Positions 26,656-35,257 of a DNA stretch of 64,000 nt are shown one piece after another. The notes below the pieces were generated by a model that made no database searches, was not told the DNA's origin, and saw only the letters and a program-made list of their open reading frames with translations. How positions within the stretch are numbered: position 1 is the stretch's first letter; every line of letters begins with the position of its first letter. Source of the stretch: Burkholderiaceae bacterium (GTDB lineage: Bacteria > Pseudomonadota > Gammaproteobacteria > Burkholderiales > Burkholderiaceae_C); the NCBI GenBank assembly GCA_041396505.1, contig JAWKYL010000007.1, forward strand, positions 57,635 to 121,634, written 5' to 3'. Made by a program: the position numbers and the translations under genes.

Positions 26656-27258
26656 ATGAAACTTTTCCTTGACCGCCGCCTTGCCTTAGCTGGCCTGTTG
26701 CTTTGCGTCGGCGGTGCTGCACAGGCCCACACCGGCCACGGCACCCATAGCCTGATGGAGGGCCTGTCCCATCCGTTCGGCCTGGACCACCTGCTGGCCA
26801 TGGTGGCCGTCGGTGTCTGGTCGGTCTCGGCCCTGCCGCAAGGCAAGGCCTGGATGGGACCGGCGACCTTCTTGATGGCGCTGGTTATCAGCGCAGCGCT
26901 GGGTGCTTCTGGCGTGACCGTGCCCTACCTGGAGCACGCGATTGCGCTGAGCGTGGTGCTGTTCGGCCTGATGCTGATCGTTGCCAACCGTGCGATGCCG
27001 GTGGCGCTGGGACTGGGACTGATCGCCGCCGCGTCTTCGCTGCACGGGCTGGCCCACGGTGCTGAAACGCCCGAGACCGGTTTTACCGGTTACGCCGCCG
27101 GCTTCATGCTCACCACTGCCGTGCTGCACATTGGCGGCGTGGGCATCGGTCTGTCGATCAAGCGCTGGCTGGGTGAACGCCGTGGTGCGGTGCTTGGCGG
27201 ACTCGGTGCAGTGGTCGGCGCCGCCGGTCTTTACCTGTTCGGCCAGCTGGCCGCCTGA
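26656..27258 (+). CDS. hupE: HupE/UreJ-family nickel transporter
   Basis: A signal peptide ending AQAH, followed by HPFGLDHLLAMVAVGVW, and six hydrophobic segments. Confidence 0.85.
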   Translation: MKLFLDRRLALAGLLLCVGGAAQAHTGHGTHSLMEGLSHPFGLDHLLAMVAVGVWSVSALPQGKAWMGPATFLMALVISAALGASGVTVPYLEHAIALSVVLFGLMLIVANRAMPVALGLGLIAAASSLHGLAHGAETPETGFTGYAAGFMLTTAVLHIGGVGIGLSIKRWLGERRGAVLGGLGAVVGAAGLYLFGQLAA

Positions 27259-27286
27259 CGGCCTCGCCCTTGCACAGGAGATCGCC

Positions 27287-28033
27287 ATGTCCACCCTGTC
27301 TGCCAAAGAACTGGCCGAGCAACGCCTGGCCGATGTCACCGGCGTCGATGACAGCGCCGTCTCGCACGGCCAGAGCATCAAGTCGGTCTATGTGTACGAA
27401 GCCCCGGTGCGCCTCTGGCACTGGGTCAACGTGGCGGCCATCACCGTGCTGTGCCTGACTGGCTACTTCATCGGCAAGCCCTTGCCGACCATGCCGGGCG
27501 AGGCCAGCGCGAACTTCCTGATGGGCTACATCCGGTTCGCGCACTTCACGGCGGGCTACATCCTGGCTGTCGGGTTGGTTGGCCGTGCCTATTGGGCACT
27601 GGTGGGTAACCACCATGCGCGCGAGCTGTTCTGGGTGCCGCTGTTCCAGAAGGCCTACTGGGGCGAGATCTTCACCATGCTGAAGTGGTACGCCTTCCTG
27701 ATCCCGCGGCCAGGACGCTACGTCGGCCACAACCCGCTGGCCAGGCTGGCCATGTTCTCGGGCTTCCTGATGCTGATGCTGTTCATGATCTTCACCGGCT
27801 TCGCGCTCTACAGCGAAGGTGCCGGTGCCGGTTCATGGCAGGACACGGCGTTCGGCTGGGTCATTCCGCTGTTCGGCCAGAGCCAGGACGTGCACACGTG
27901 GCACCGGCTGGGCATGTGGGGCATGATCATGTTCATCACCCTGCATGTCTATGCCGCGATCCGCGAGGACATCATGGGGCGCCAGAGCATCGTCTCGACG
28001 ATGATCTCGGGTCGCCGTACGTTCAAGGACTGA
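27287..28033 (+). CDS. hoxZ: Ni/Fe-hydrogenase b-type cytochrome subunit (HoxZ/HupC/HyaC)
   Basis: VYVYEAPVRLWHWVNV..., IRFAHFTAGYIL, GHNPLA, and WHRLGMWGMIMFITLHVYAAIRED. Confidence 0.9.
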   Translation: MSTLSAKELAEQRLADVTGVDDSAVSHGQSIKSVYVYEAPVRLWHWVNVAAITVLCLTGYFIGKPLPTMPGEASANFLMGYIRFAHFTAGYILAVGLVGRAYWALVGNHHARELFWVPLFQKAYWGEIFTMLKWYAFLIPRPGRYVGHNPLARLAMFSGFLMLMLFMIFTGFALYSEGAGAGSWQDTAFGWVIPLFGQSQDVHTWHRLGMWGMIMFITLHVYAAIREDIMGRQSIVSTMISGRRTFKD

Positions 28034-28041
28034 CGGGGCTC

Positions 28042-28581
28042 ATGACTGCCATGAAACACGGTCACCTGCCACGGCGCATCGTGGTGCTGGGCATCGGCAA
28101 CCTGCTGTGGGCCGACGAAGGTTTCGGTGTGCGCTGCATCGAGGCCTTGCAGCGCCGCTGGACCTTCGCCGACCATGTGCAGCTCATCGACGGTGGCACC
28201 CAGGGCCTCTACCTGATCCAGCATGTGCAGGCCGCCGATGCGCTGCTGATCTTCGATGCCATCGACTACGGCCTGCCACCCGGCACGCTGAAGGACGTGC
28301 GCGACGGCGAGGTGCCGCGTTTCATGGGCGCCAAGAAGATGAGCCTGCACCAGACCGGATTCCAGGAGGTGCTGTCGCTGGCCACGTTGACGGGCCGGTA
28401 CCCGGAGCAGGTTTTGCTGATCGGCTGCCAGCCCCAGGAGCTGGAAGACTATGGCGGCAGCCTGCGGCCCGTGGTCAGGACGGCCATGGAGGAAGCGCTG
28501 CAGCGTGGCGTGGCCGAGCTGGCGCGCTGGGGGGCGTGTCCCGCCCGGCGAGAGGCACCGCGGCCCCGCGCGAGGCCGTGA
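28042..28581 (+). CDS. hoxM: hydrogenase maturation endopeptidase (HoxM/HupD/HyaD); the C-terminal tail continues in another frame to 28682
   Basis: IVVLGIGNLLWADEGFGVRC, DGGTQG, IFDAIDYGLPPGT, and KKMSLHQTGFQEVL. The HupD-like tail LDELALTAYEAQRPSEAAACRVGDDRF is in the frame of ORF 28107..28682, and the switch falls at the G6 run 28529-28534. Confidence 0.85.
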   Translation: MTAMKHGHLPRRIVVLGIGNLLWADEGFGVRCIEALQRRWTFADHVQLIDGGTQGLYLIQHVQAADALLIFDAIDYGLPPGTLKDVRDGEVPRFMGAKKMSLHQTGFQEVLSLATLTGRYPEQVLLIGCQPQELEDYGGSLRPVVRTAMEEALQRGVAELARWGACPARREAPRPRARP

Positions 28582-28700
28582 CGCTGGATGAACTGGCGCT
28601 GACCGCATACGAGGCGCAGCGTCCGTCCGAGGCCGCCGCCTGCCGTGTGGGCGATGACCGGTTCCTGGTGAAGGGTCTCTGAGATGAAACGGCCCCCACG

Positions 28701-28760
28701 CTCATCGCTTCGCGTATCGCTGCCCCCCAAGGGGGCGCGTCAGTGCCTTCGGGCGGCCGG
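28701..28760. repeat. GC-rich REP-like palindromic element (C-run/G-run hairpin)
   Basis: cgcttcgcgtatcgctgccccccaagggggcgcg. It shares tcgctgcccccc..gggggc with the copy at 59527..59616. Confidence 0.4.
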
Positions 28761-28771
28761 GCGGTACTGAC

Positions 28772-29071
28772 ATGTGCATCGGCATCCCCATGCAGGTGAT
28801 CGAGGCCGGTGGCCGCTTCGCGTTGTGCGCAGGCCGTGGCGAACGGCGTCGTGTCGACACGGCGCTGGTCGGCGGAGTGGAAGCGGGCGACTGGCTGCTG
28901 GTGTTCCTGAACGACGCGCGCGAACGCATCGGTGCCGACCGCGCCGCCGAAGTGAATGCGGCGCTGGATCTGGTTCTGGGTGCCGTGCAAGGCCAGGCCG
29001 ACCCGGCCGGGGTGGCCTTTGCGCTGCCCTCGCAGATGAGCCCCGCGCAGGTGCGCGCCCTGACCTCTTGA
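28772..29071 (+). CDS. hoxL: HypC/HupF-family hydrogenase chaperone (HoxL)
   Basis: An MCIGIPMQV N-terminus with the conserved Cys2. Confidence 0.85.
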   Translation: MCIGIPMQVIEAGGRFALCAGRGERRRVDTALVGGVEAGDWLLVFLNDARERIGADRAAEVNAALDLVLGAVQGQADPAGVAFALPSQMSPAQVRALTS

Positions 29072-29085
29072 CAAGGAGAAAGAAC

Positions 29086-29580
29086 ATGCAGGCCAGTACG
29101 AAATCCGATCATGGCCCGGCGCGCCGGGTCGAGGCCGAAGCACCCCATGCCCCGCTGGTCGGACGGCTGGTCCGCGAGTTCGGCGCCGCCTGGGTCGATG
29201 AACAGACCGTCGCGTCCTGGACCGGCGGCGGCGGCGACCGCATCGTCTTGCTGGCCGGTGATCCGGTCCGCTTTCCGGAGGGCGTCGACGTGGCGGCAGT
29301 CCTGCCCGAGCTGATGAAGGCTTTTCCTGACCGGTTCCGGATTGCCGCCGTCCCTCGCGACAACGAGGACGCCGTGGCCCGGCGCTACGGATCGCAGCGC
29401 TGGCCCGCACTGCTGTTCTTCCGCGATGGTCAGTACGTCACGGCGATTGCCGGCATGCAGGACTGGGATGTCTACCTGTCCGGTGTGGCCGCCGCGCTGG
29501 CCATGCCGCCGTCGCGTCCGCCCACCATCGGCATTCCCGTGGTCAGCCAGGCGGCGGGCGGTGCAACGGGTTGCCACTGA
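29086..29580 (+). CDS. hoxO: thioredoxin-like hydrogenase-1 expression protein (HoxO/HupG/HyaE)
   Basis: RIVLLAGDPVRFPEGVDVAAVLPEL...NEDAVARRYGSQRWPALLFFRDGQYV, with RBS aaggaga. Confidence 0.8.
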   Translation: MQASTKSDHGPARRVEAEAPHAPLVGRLVREFGAAWVDEQTVASWTGGGGDRIVLLAGDPVRFPEGVDVAAVLPELMKAFPDRFRIAAVPRDNEDAVARRYGSQRWPALLFFRDGQYVTAIAGMQDWDVYLSGVAAALAMPPSRPPTIGIPVVSQAAGGATGCH

Positions 29581-29604
29581 GCGCGCCCCATCCGAGGTCA
29601 TCAC

Positions 29605-30492
29605 ATGAAAGCCTTTCCCATTCCGGTCGTTGCACTGGGTCCTGGTTCACAGGCCGAAGACGAAACCCTGAACTACCTGTCCATGCCCAAGGACATGGAC
29701 ACCTACCGTGCGCCGCCGTTGCCCGAGCCCGACGCGGCGGCAGGCTGTGTCAAGGCCCTGGCCGCACTGGACTGCGTGCTGGAGTTGCTGGACAAGGCTG
29801 GACGGGGAGGGCCCGGTGGGCAGATTCACCTGACGGACCTGTCGGCGGCGGACCGTCGCCTGATCAACCAGGTCATGGGCGAAGGCGAGGCCAGTGCCAT
29901 CGTGCGGGAAGAGCGGCCGTCGCAGGCGCTTTCGCAGGCGGTTTCGCAGGAGGTGCACGTCCAGGAGTCCGTGTTTGCCGGGGTCTGGCGCGTGATGCAC
30001 TTCAACGGTGGCGTTCTGGCCGAGGACACGATCGAGGTCGGCCCGGTCCCGGCACGGCTGCGCGTCGTGGCCGAGGAAGACGCCCGGCGTGACTGGCGAC
30101 CCTGGATCGGCCCCTTGCCCCCCAACGTGCAGAACGCGCCGCTGCTGGTGGAAGAGGTGCGCGACCAGGTTGCCCGCTGGCAGCCGGGCCAGGCGCCGCA
30201 TGTGGTCAACCTCACGTTGCTGCCGGTCACGCCCGAGGACATCGGCTACCTGGACCATCAGCTGGGAACGGGGCGGCTGCTGCTGCTCTCGCGCGGCTAC
30301 GGCAACTGCCGCATATCCAACACCCGCTTGCGCAACTGCTGGCGCGTGGTGTACTACAACTCCATGGACAAGGTGATCCTCAACACGGTCGAGGTGGTGG
30401 ACATGCCCGAAGTGGCCATGGCCGCACAGGAGGACCTGCGCGATTCGCACGAACGCCTGCGGGACGTGATGAACTGTCTGAGGGCGGCATGA
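29605..30492 (+). CDS. hoxQ: hydrogenase expression/formation protein (HoxQ/HupH/HyaF)
   Basis: LLLSRGYGNCRISNTRLRNCWRVVYYNSMDKVILNTVEVVDMPEVA is a typical HupH C-terminus. Confidence 0.85.
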   Translation: MKAFPIPVVALGPGSQAEDETLNYLSMPKDMDTYRAPPLPEPDAAAGCVKALAALDCVLELLDKAGRGGPGGQIHLTDLSAADRRLINQVMGEGEASAIVREERPSQALSQAVSQEVHVQESVFAGVWRVMHFNGGVLAEDTIEVGPVPARLRVVAEEDARRDWRPWIGPLPPNVQNAPLLVEEVRDQVARWQPGQAPHVVNLTLLPVTPEDIGYLDHQLGTGRLLLLSRGYGNCRISNTRLRNCWRVVYYNSMDKVILNTVEVVDMPEVAMAAQEDLRDSHERLRDVMNCLRAA

Positions 30493-30716
30493 ACGCGTTC
30501 GATGGCCCGTCTTTCGAAGGCTCCTACCTGGGCCGGCGGGAGGTCCTTCGCCCGGACTCGCGCCTGGAGTGCAAAATCTGCTGGTGGGTCTACGATCCGG
30601 CGCTGGGCGACCCGCAATGGCAGGTACCGCCCGGCACACCGTTTGCCGACCTGCCGCCGCACTGGCGCTGTCCGGACTGTGACGGTGATGCACAGCAGTT
30701 CCTGATGCTCGAATGA
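30489..30716 (+). CDS. hoxR: rubredoxin (HoxR/HupI)
   Basis: CKICWWVYDP...W.CPDCDG. The start overlaps the hoxQ stop as ATGA. Confidence 0.9.
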   Translation: MNAFDGPSFEGSYLGRREVLRPDSRLECKICWWVYDPALGDPQWQVPPGTPFADLPPHWRCPDCDGDAQQFLMLE

Positions 30717-31291
30717 ACCTCTCGCACCGCTTTGCACCCCAGGCCGCGTCCGGCGACCCTGGCTCCGGTCGTGCCGGAGCCGTCGGGCGACCTGGACTGG
30801 ACGGGCGCGTGCAGCAACTGGTCGACTGCTACCGCCGGGTCCAGGCCGAGCGCATGCAGGACGTGCCGATCCTGAATCCGGTGCTGAAGGTGGAAGCGGT
30901 CGGCTTCGCGTGGGCCGATCTGGCCGGCGCCGACGGTGCGGTGGCCGAGGGCGTTCTGGTCACGCCCTGGTTCATGAGCCTGGTGCGTCTGCCGGCCCAG
31001 GTACAGGCCCACGGGGGGCGGGTGGCGCGCAAGGCCGTTCGTGACTTTGGCAGCGAGCGCTTCGAGTTCATCGGCGCCCACGATGCGTGCCTGGGCTACC
31101 ACGAGACCTGTGCGCTGTTCTCGCCCATGGGTGACTTCCGGTCGCTCTTGCAGGCCCGGGAGACCGCCGAGGCCTCGCTGGCGCTGCTCAGGGCAAGGCC
31201 CGGGGACGTCGCCCGGCCGGCGCCTGTGATGGTGCCGTCGCGCCGCGCCTTTCTCACCGGCCGCCGCGCCGGGCCAGGGGCAGCGCCATGA
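30713..31291 (+). CDS. hoxT: HybE-family [NiFe]-hydrogenase assembly chaperone (HoxT/HupJ)
   Basis: GVLVTPWFMSLVRLP and FEFIGAHDACLGYHETCALFSPM, with an ATGA overlap with hoxR. Confidence 0.8.
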   Translation: MNLSHRFAPQAASGDPGSGRAGAVGRPGLDGRVQQLVDCYRRVQAERMQDVPILNPVLKVEAVGFAWADLAGADGAVAEGVLVTPWFMSLVRLPAQVQAHGGRVARKAVRDFGSERFEFIGAHDACLGYHETCALFSPMGDFRSLLQARETAEASLALLRARPGDVARPAPVMVPSRRAFLTGRRAGPGAAP

Positions 31292-32448
31292 CGCATGCCG
31301 ATACCCTGGCAGGGCGGTTGCATCTGCGCCCGGGTGCGCCCCTGCCTCTGGCCCTGCACAGCGGGCGCCGCGATTGGGCACCTGGCCTGGCGCAGGGGCA
31401 GTCCGCGGCGGTGCTGCCCGGGCTGCTGGCCAGCCTGTTCAGCCTGTGCGGCCATGCCCACCGGCTGTGTGCGCAACTGGCCATCGCGGCGGCCCGGGGT
31501 GGCCAGGGGGCGCCCGATCCGCTGGATGTGGCACGGCACCTGCGGCGGGAGAGCGCGCAGGAACATGTGCGTCGCATCGGCCTGGACTGGCCCCGTTTGC
31601 TGGGGCGACCCGGTTCTGGCGTGGAGGCGGCCGCCCTGCGATCGCTGCGGGACTGTCCCCTGCTCGGCCGCCTGGCGCCGGCCGACGACCCCTGGCCGGC
31701 GACCCGGGCGTGGCTGGAGTCCGACTGGCTGCACATGCCGGCCGCCACCTGGTTGCGCGCCTGGCAGGCCTGCGGTGCCGACTGGCTGCTGGACTGGAGC
31801 CAGCGGCACCACGCCTGGTTGCCGGCATGGATGCGCGAGGCGCGCCGGGCCGACGCCGGACCTGCGCTCGACATGGCCCACGCGCTGCTCGTCCATCGCT
31901 GCGACGAGCACATGTGCCAGCTGGCCGACGCCCTGGCGCACAGGCCCGGATTCGCCATGGCGCCACAATGGAACGGCGCCTGCGCCCACACGGGACCCTG
32001 GGCCAGACGCCATGGCGCTGACGACGGCCTGCCCCTGACGCCCTGGGCCCTGCTGGGCAGTCGTCTGGCTGAACTGGTCCGGCTGTGCCTGCCGGACGAC
32101 ATCGGCCGGGGTGCCCGGTGCCTGGCCCATGGCGCCACGGCGTTGCCCGGGCGCGGGGGTCTGGCCTGGGTCGAGATGGCGCGGGGCCTGCTGGTGCACC
32201 AGGTTGAACTTGACGATGAGGTCACGGACGCCATGCCGCGCGTGCGCAGCTGTCGCGTGCTGGCGCCGACCGAGTGGAACTGCCATGCGCGTGGCCACGT
32301 GGCCGCTCGCGTGGCGGCGATGGACACGGACCAGTCGCAGCACATGCAGACGTGTCAGCTGAACCTGCTGATGGCCGCATTCGACCCCTGTGTGCCGTTC
32401 CAGGTCGAAGCGCCCGGGACGGTGGTCGGCGAGGTGGCCCATGCATGA
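31288..32448 (+). CDS. hoxV: HupK/HoxV scaffold (large-subunit-like)
   Basis: SLFSLCGHAH and the C-terminal FDPCVPFQV mimic large-subunit motifs. Its position between hoxT and hypA supports the call. Confidence 0.75.
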   Translation: MTHADTLAGRLHLRPGAPLPLALHSGRRDWAPGLAQGQSAAVLPGLLASLFSLCGHAHRLCAQLAIAAARGGQGAPDPLDVARHLRRESAQEHVRRIGLDWPRLLGRPGSGVEAAALRSLRDCPLLGRLAPADDPWPATRAWLESDWLHMPAATWLRAWQACGADWLLDWSQRHHAWLPAWMREARRADAGPALDMAHALLVHRCDEHMCQLADALAHRPGFAMAPQWNGACAHTGPWARRHGADDGLPLTPWALLGSRLAELVRLCLPDDIGRGARCLAHGATALPGRGGLAWVEMARGLLVHQVELDDEVTDAMPRVRSCRVLAPTEWNCHARGHVAARVAAMDTDQSQHMQTCQLNLLMAAFDPCVPFQVEAPGTVVGEVAHA

Positions 32449-32782
32449 AGCCAGCCTGGCCGGAGGCGTGCTGCAACTGGTGGAGGACACCGCGCGGCGG
32501 GAGGGGTTTGCGCGCCTGATCGAGCTGCGCCTGGAGGCCGGTCAGCTGGCCGGCGTGGATGTGCGTGCGCTGCGCTTTGCGCTGGAGAGCCTGGCGCCGG
32601 GCACCCTGTTGCAGGGTGCGCACATCGAGATCGACGAACCACCTGGCCAGGCCTGGTGTCTGCCCTGCGGTCAGAGCGTGACCCTGGCCCAGCGCGGCGA
32701 TGCCTGCCCGGTCTGCGGCGGTTACCAGTTGCAGCCTACAGGTGGCATGGAACTGCGTGTCGTGGACATGAGAGTGGTATGA
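32441..32782 (+). CDS. hypA: hydrogenase nickel-incorporation protein HypA
   Basis: MHEASLAGGVLQLVED, CLPCG...CPVCGG. Confidence 0.9.
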   Translation: MHEASLAGGVLQLVEDTARREGFARLIELRLEAGQLAGVDVRALRFALESLAPGTLLQGAHIEIDEPPGQAWCLPCGQSVTLAQRGDACPVCGGYQLQPTGGMELRVVDMRVV

Positions 32783-32787
32783 ATCAC

Positions 32788-32853
32788 CCCCTGCGCCGCT
32801 TCGCGTCTTCCCCCTCTCTCGCCTGGCAAAGCCAGTTTCACGGGTGCCCTGGA
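32788..32853. repeat. REP/MITE-like element, short copy (family b-c-d)
   Basis: Over 36 nt, 35 match 36457.. (ccctgcgccgcttcgcgKcttccccctctctcgcct). The 3' arm ggcaaagccagtttcacgggtgccctgga aligns with ggcgaagccggttcctcggtgcccctgga. Confidence 0.6.
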
Positions 32854-32914
32854 GCGCGTACCCGCGGTTGTGCTTTTGAAGAAAGCTGGATGGACATTGA
32901 CAAGGAGATCGACC

Positions 32915-33886
32915 ATGTGTGTCGTGTGCGGATGCAGTGACAACAGCCCGGCCCATGCCCGGCATGTGCAACAGGACGCAGGCGGTGAGCCCGGTGTGGT
33001 GGCGGTGAATCCGCTCAGTGGCGACCTGCATTTCGGCGCTGGGGCGGCCCGCGTATCGGTGCCCGGCATGAGCCAGGAGAGGGCCATCAGGCTGGAGACC
33101 GACATCCTGGGCGCCAACAACCGGGTGGCACAGCAGAACCGCGCGCACTTCGAGGCGCATGGCGTGACCGCGCTCAATTTCGTCTCCAGCCCCGGATCGG
33201 GCAAGACGACGCTGCTGTGCGCGACCATCGAAGCGCTCAAGCGGCGACAGCCCGGCCTGCACGTGGCGGTCATCGAGGGTGACCAGCAGACCAGCTTCGA
33301 CGCCGACCGCATCCGCGCCACCGGCGCGCCGGCCATCCAGGTCAACACCGGCAAGGGCTGCCATCTCGACGCACCCATGGTGGCCGAGGCCTTTGCGCAG
33401 CTGCATGTGCATGACCATGGCCATGACCACACCCACGGTCACGATCATCACCATCACCATCTCCATCAACACCATCGCGAGGACGGTCACGGCCTGTTGT
33501 TCATCGAGAACGTCGGCAACCTGGTCTGCCCCGCCGTGTGGGACCTGGGCGAAGCCGCCAAGGTCGCCATCCTCTCCGTGACCGAAGGTGAGGACAAGCC
33601 GCTGAAATACCCCGACATGTTCGCGGCCGCGCAGCTGATGATTCTGAACAAGGTTGACCTGCTGCCCCACGTGAGGTTCGACGTGGCGCGCTGCATCGAT
33701 CTGGCGCGGCGCGTGAATCCCGCCATCGAGGTCATCCAGCTGTCGGCCACCACGGGAGACGGCATGGACGCCTGGCTGCATTGGCTGGAGCACATTGGTC
33801 TCCACGCTGAGCCGGTGCGCGGGTCGCGGCCTGCCGAGGGGGTGCGTCACGCCCCGGGGCGGCCTGACGGAGAAACCGTTGCCTGA
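32915..33886 (+). CDS. hypB: hydrogenase nickel-incorporation GTPase HypB with an internal His-rich tract
   Basis: MCVVCGCS N-terminus, P-loop [35 protein letters not shown], and RBS aaggag. [25 protein letters not shown] is inserted between CHLD and ENVGNL. Confidence 0.9.
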   Translation: MCVVCGCSDNSPAHARHVQQDAGGEPGVVAVNPLSGDLHFGAGAARVSVPGMSQERAIRLETDILGANNRVAQQNRAHFEAHGVTALNFVSSPGSGKTTLLCATIEALKRRQPGLHVAVIEGDQQTSFDADRIRATGAPAIQVNTGKGCHLDAPMVAEAFAQLHVHDHGHDHTHGHDHHHHHLHQHHREDGHGLLFIENVGNLVCPAVWDLGEAAKVAILSVTEGEDKPLKYPDMFAAAQLMILNKVDLLPHVRFDVARCIDLARRVNPAIEVIQLSATTGDGMDAWLHWLEHIGLHAEPVRGSRPAEGVRHAPGRPDGETVA

Positions 33887-33893
33887 GAACGCG

Positions 33894-35030
33894 ATGCCTG
33901 CCGTGCTCGCCGTTGGCGCCTGGCTCAAGAACGCGGCCTGTCTGCTGCTGGACGGTCGCGCGCACTGGTCACCCGTGCATGGCGATCTCAGCGACCCGGC
34001 GGCCTGCGCTGCGCTGGAAGCCTCGGTGCAGGCCCTGCTGGACCGAGCGGCGCAGGCCGGCGCGCCGGTACAGGCCATCGCGCACGACCTGCACCCGGAC
34101 TTCTTCAGCACGCAGCTGGCCATGGCCATGGCCGGTGCGCTGGATGTGCCCGCCATCGGTGTGCAGCATCACCACGCCCACCTGGCCGCTGTGATGGCCG
34201 AGCACGGCATCACCGGGCCGGCGGTGGGCCTCGCGCTCGACGGTGTCGGTCTGGGCACGGACGGCACCGCCTGGGGCGGTGAACTGCTGTGGCTCGATGG
34301 CGCGCACTGGCAGCGCCTGGGCCATCTGCAGCCACTGGCCCTGCCCGGCGGCGACCGTGCGGCACGCGAAGCCTGGCGCATGGCGGCGAGCGCGCTGCAC
34401 GCCATGGACCGGGCCGACGACATCGTGCCGCGTTACGGCCCGGCGGTGGGCGATGCTGTTGCGGCTGGTGTGCGTCTGATGCTGGACCGGGGTCTGAACT
34501 GTCCGCTGACCAGCAGCGCGGGCCGCTGGTTCGACGCCGCCGCCGGCGCTCTGGGCCTGTGCCACCGCCAGCAGGACGAGGCCCAGGCGGCGATCGCGCT
34601 CGAACAGGCCGCGGCGCGGGCGCTGGCGGCTTGGCCCGGTCTGCCACCGCTGGCCGGCGCGCAGATCCGCGACGACGGCCGCATCGATCTGCTGCCCGTG
34701 CTGGCCCGGCTGTTCGATGCGACCGATGCCGAGGTGGCTGCGGCGGGTTTTCATCTGGCCCTGGCCGACGTGCTGTCGCAAGCCCTGATCCACGCGGCGC
34801 AGCAGCGCGGCATCCGCACCGCCGTGCTCGGCGGCGGCTGCTTCTTCAACCGCATCCTGCGCGAACGCGTCGTGCAGCGGCTGCAGGTGGCCGGCCTGCG
34901 GGTATGCCAGACCGGTGAAAAAGGTTGTGGCGACGCCGGACTGGCCATCGGTCAGGCCTGGGTCGCTGCGCAGCAACGCATGAACTTGCGCACAGCATCC
35001 CTTGCAGAGGAGAACGCACCATGTGCCTAG
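33894..35030 (+). CDS. hypF: truncated carbamoyltransferase HypF (Kae1-like C-terminal part only, HypF1-type)
   Basis: 378 aa starting MPAVLAVGAWLKNAACLL, with VQHHHAHLAAVMAEHG. It has no acylphosphatase or Zn-finger region. Confidence 0.8.
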   Translation: MPAVLAVGAWLKNAACLLLDGRAHWSPVHGDLSDPAACAALEASVQALLDRAAQAGAPVQAIAHDLHPDFFSTQLAMAMAGALDVPAIGVQHHHAHLAAVMAEHGITGPAVGLALDGVGLGTDGTAWGGELLWLDGAHWQRLGHLQPLALPGGDRAAREAWRMAASALHAMDRADDIVPRYGPAVGDAVAAGVRLMLDRGLNCPLTSSAGRWFDAAAGALGLCHRQQDEAQAAIALEQAAARALAAWPGLPPLAGAQIRDDGRIDLLPVLARLFDATDAEVAAAGFHLALADVLSQALIHAAQQRGIRTAVLGGGCFFNRILRERVVQRLQVAGLRVCQTGEKGCGDAGLAIGQAWVAAQQRMNLRTASLAEENAPCA

Positions 35031-35257
35031 CCATTCCCGCGCGCCTCGTCGAAAAGCGCGACCACGACCAGGCGGTGGTCGACCTCGGCGGCATCCGCAA
35101 GCCCATCTCCATTGCCCTGGTGCCCGAAGCCGAGGTGGGCGACTACGTCATCGTGCACGTGGGCCACGCCATCGGCCTGATCGATCCCGAAGAGGCGGAG
35201 AAGACCCTCGCGCTGTTCGCCGAGATGCAGGCGGCAGAGGAAGGCGGAGCCCTATGA
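35021..35257 (+). CDS. hypC: hydrogenase assembly chaperone HypC
   Basis: MCLAIPARLVE..., GDYVIVHVGHAI. Confidence 0.9.
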   Translation: MCLAIPARLVEKRDHDQAVVDLGGIRKPISIALVPEAEVGDYVIVHVGHAIGLIDPEEAEKTLALFAEMQAAEEGGAL

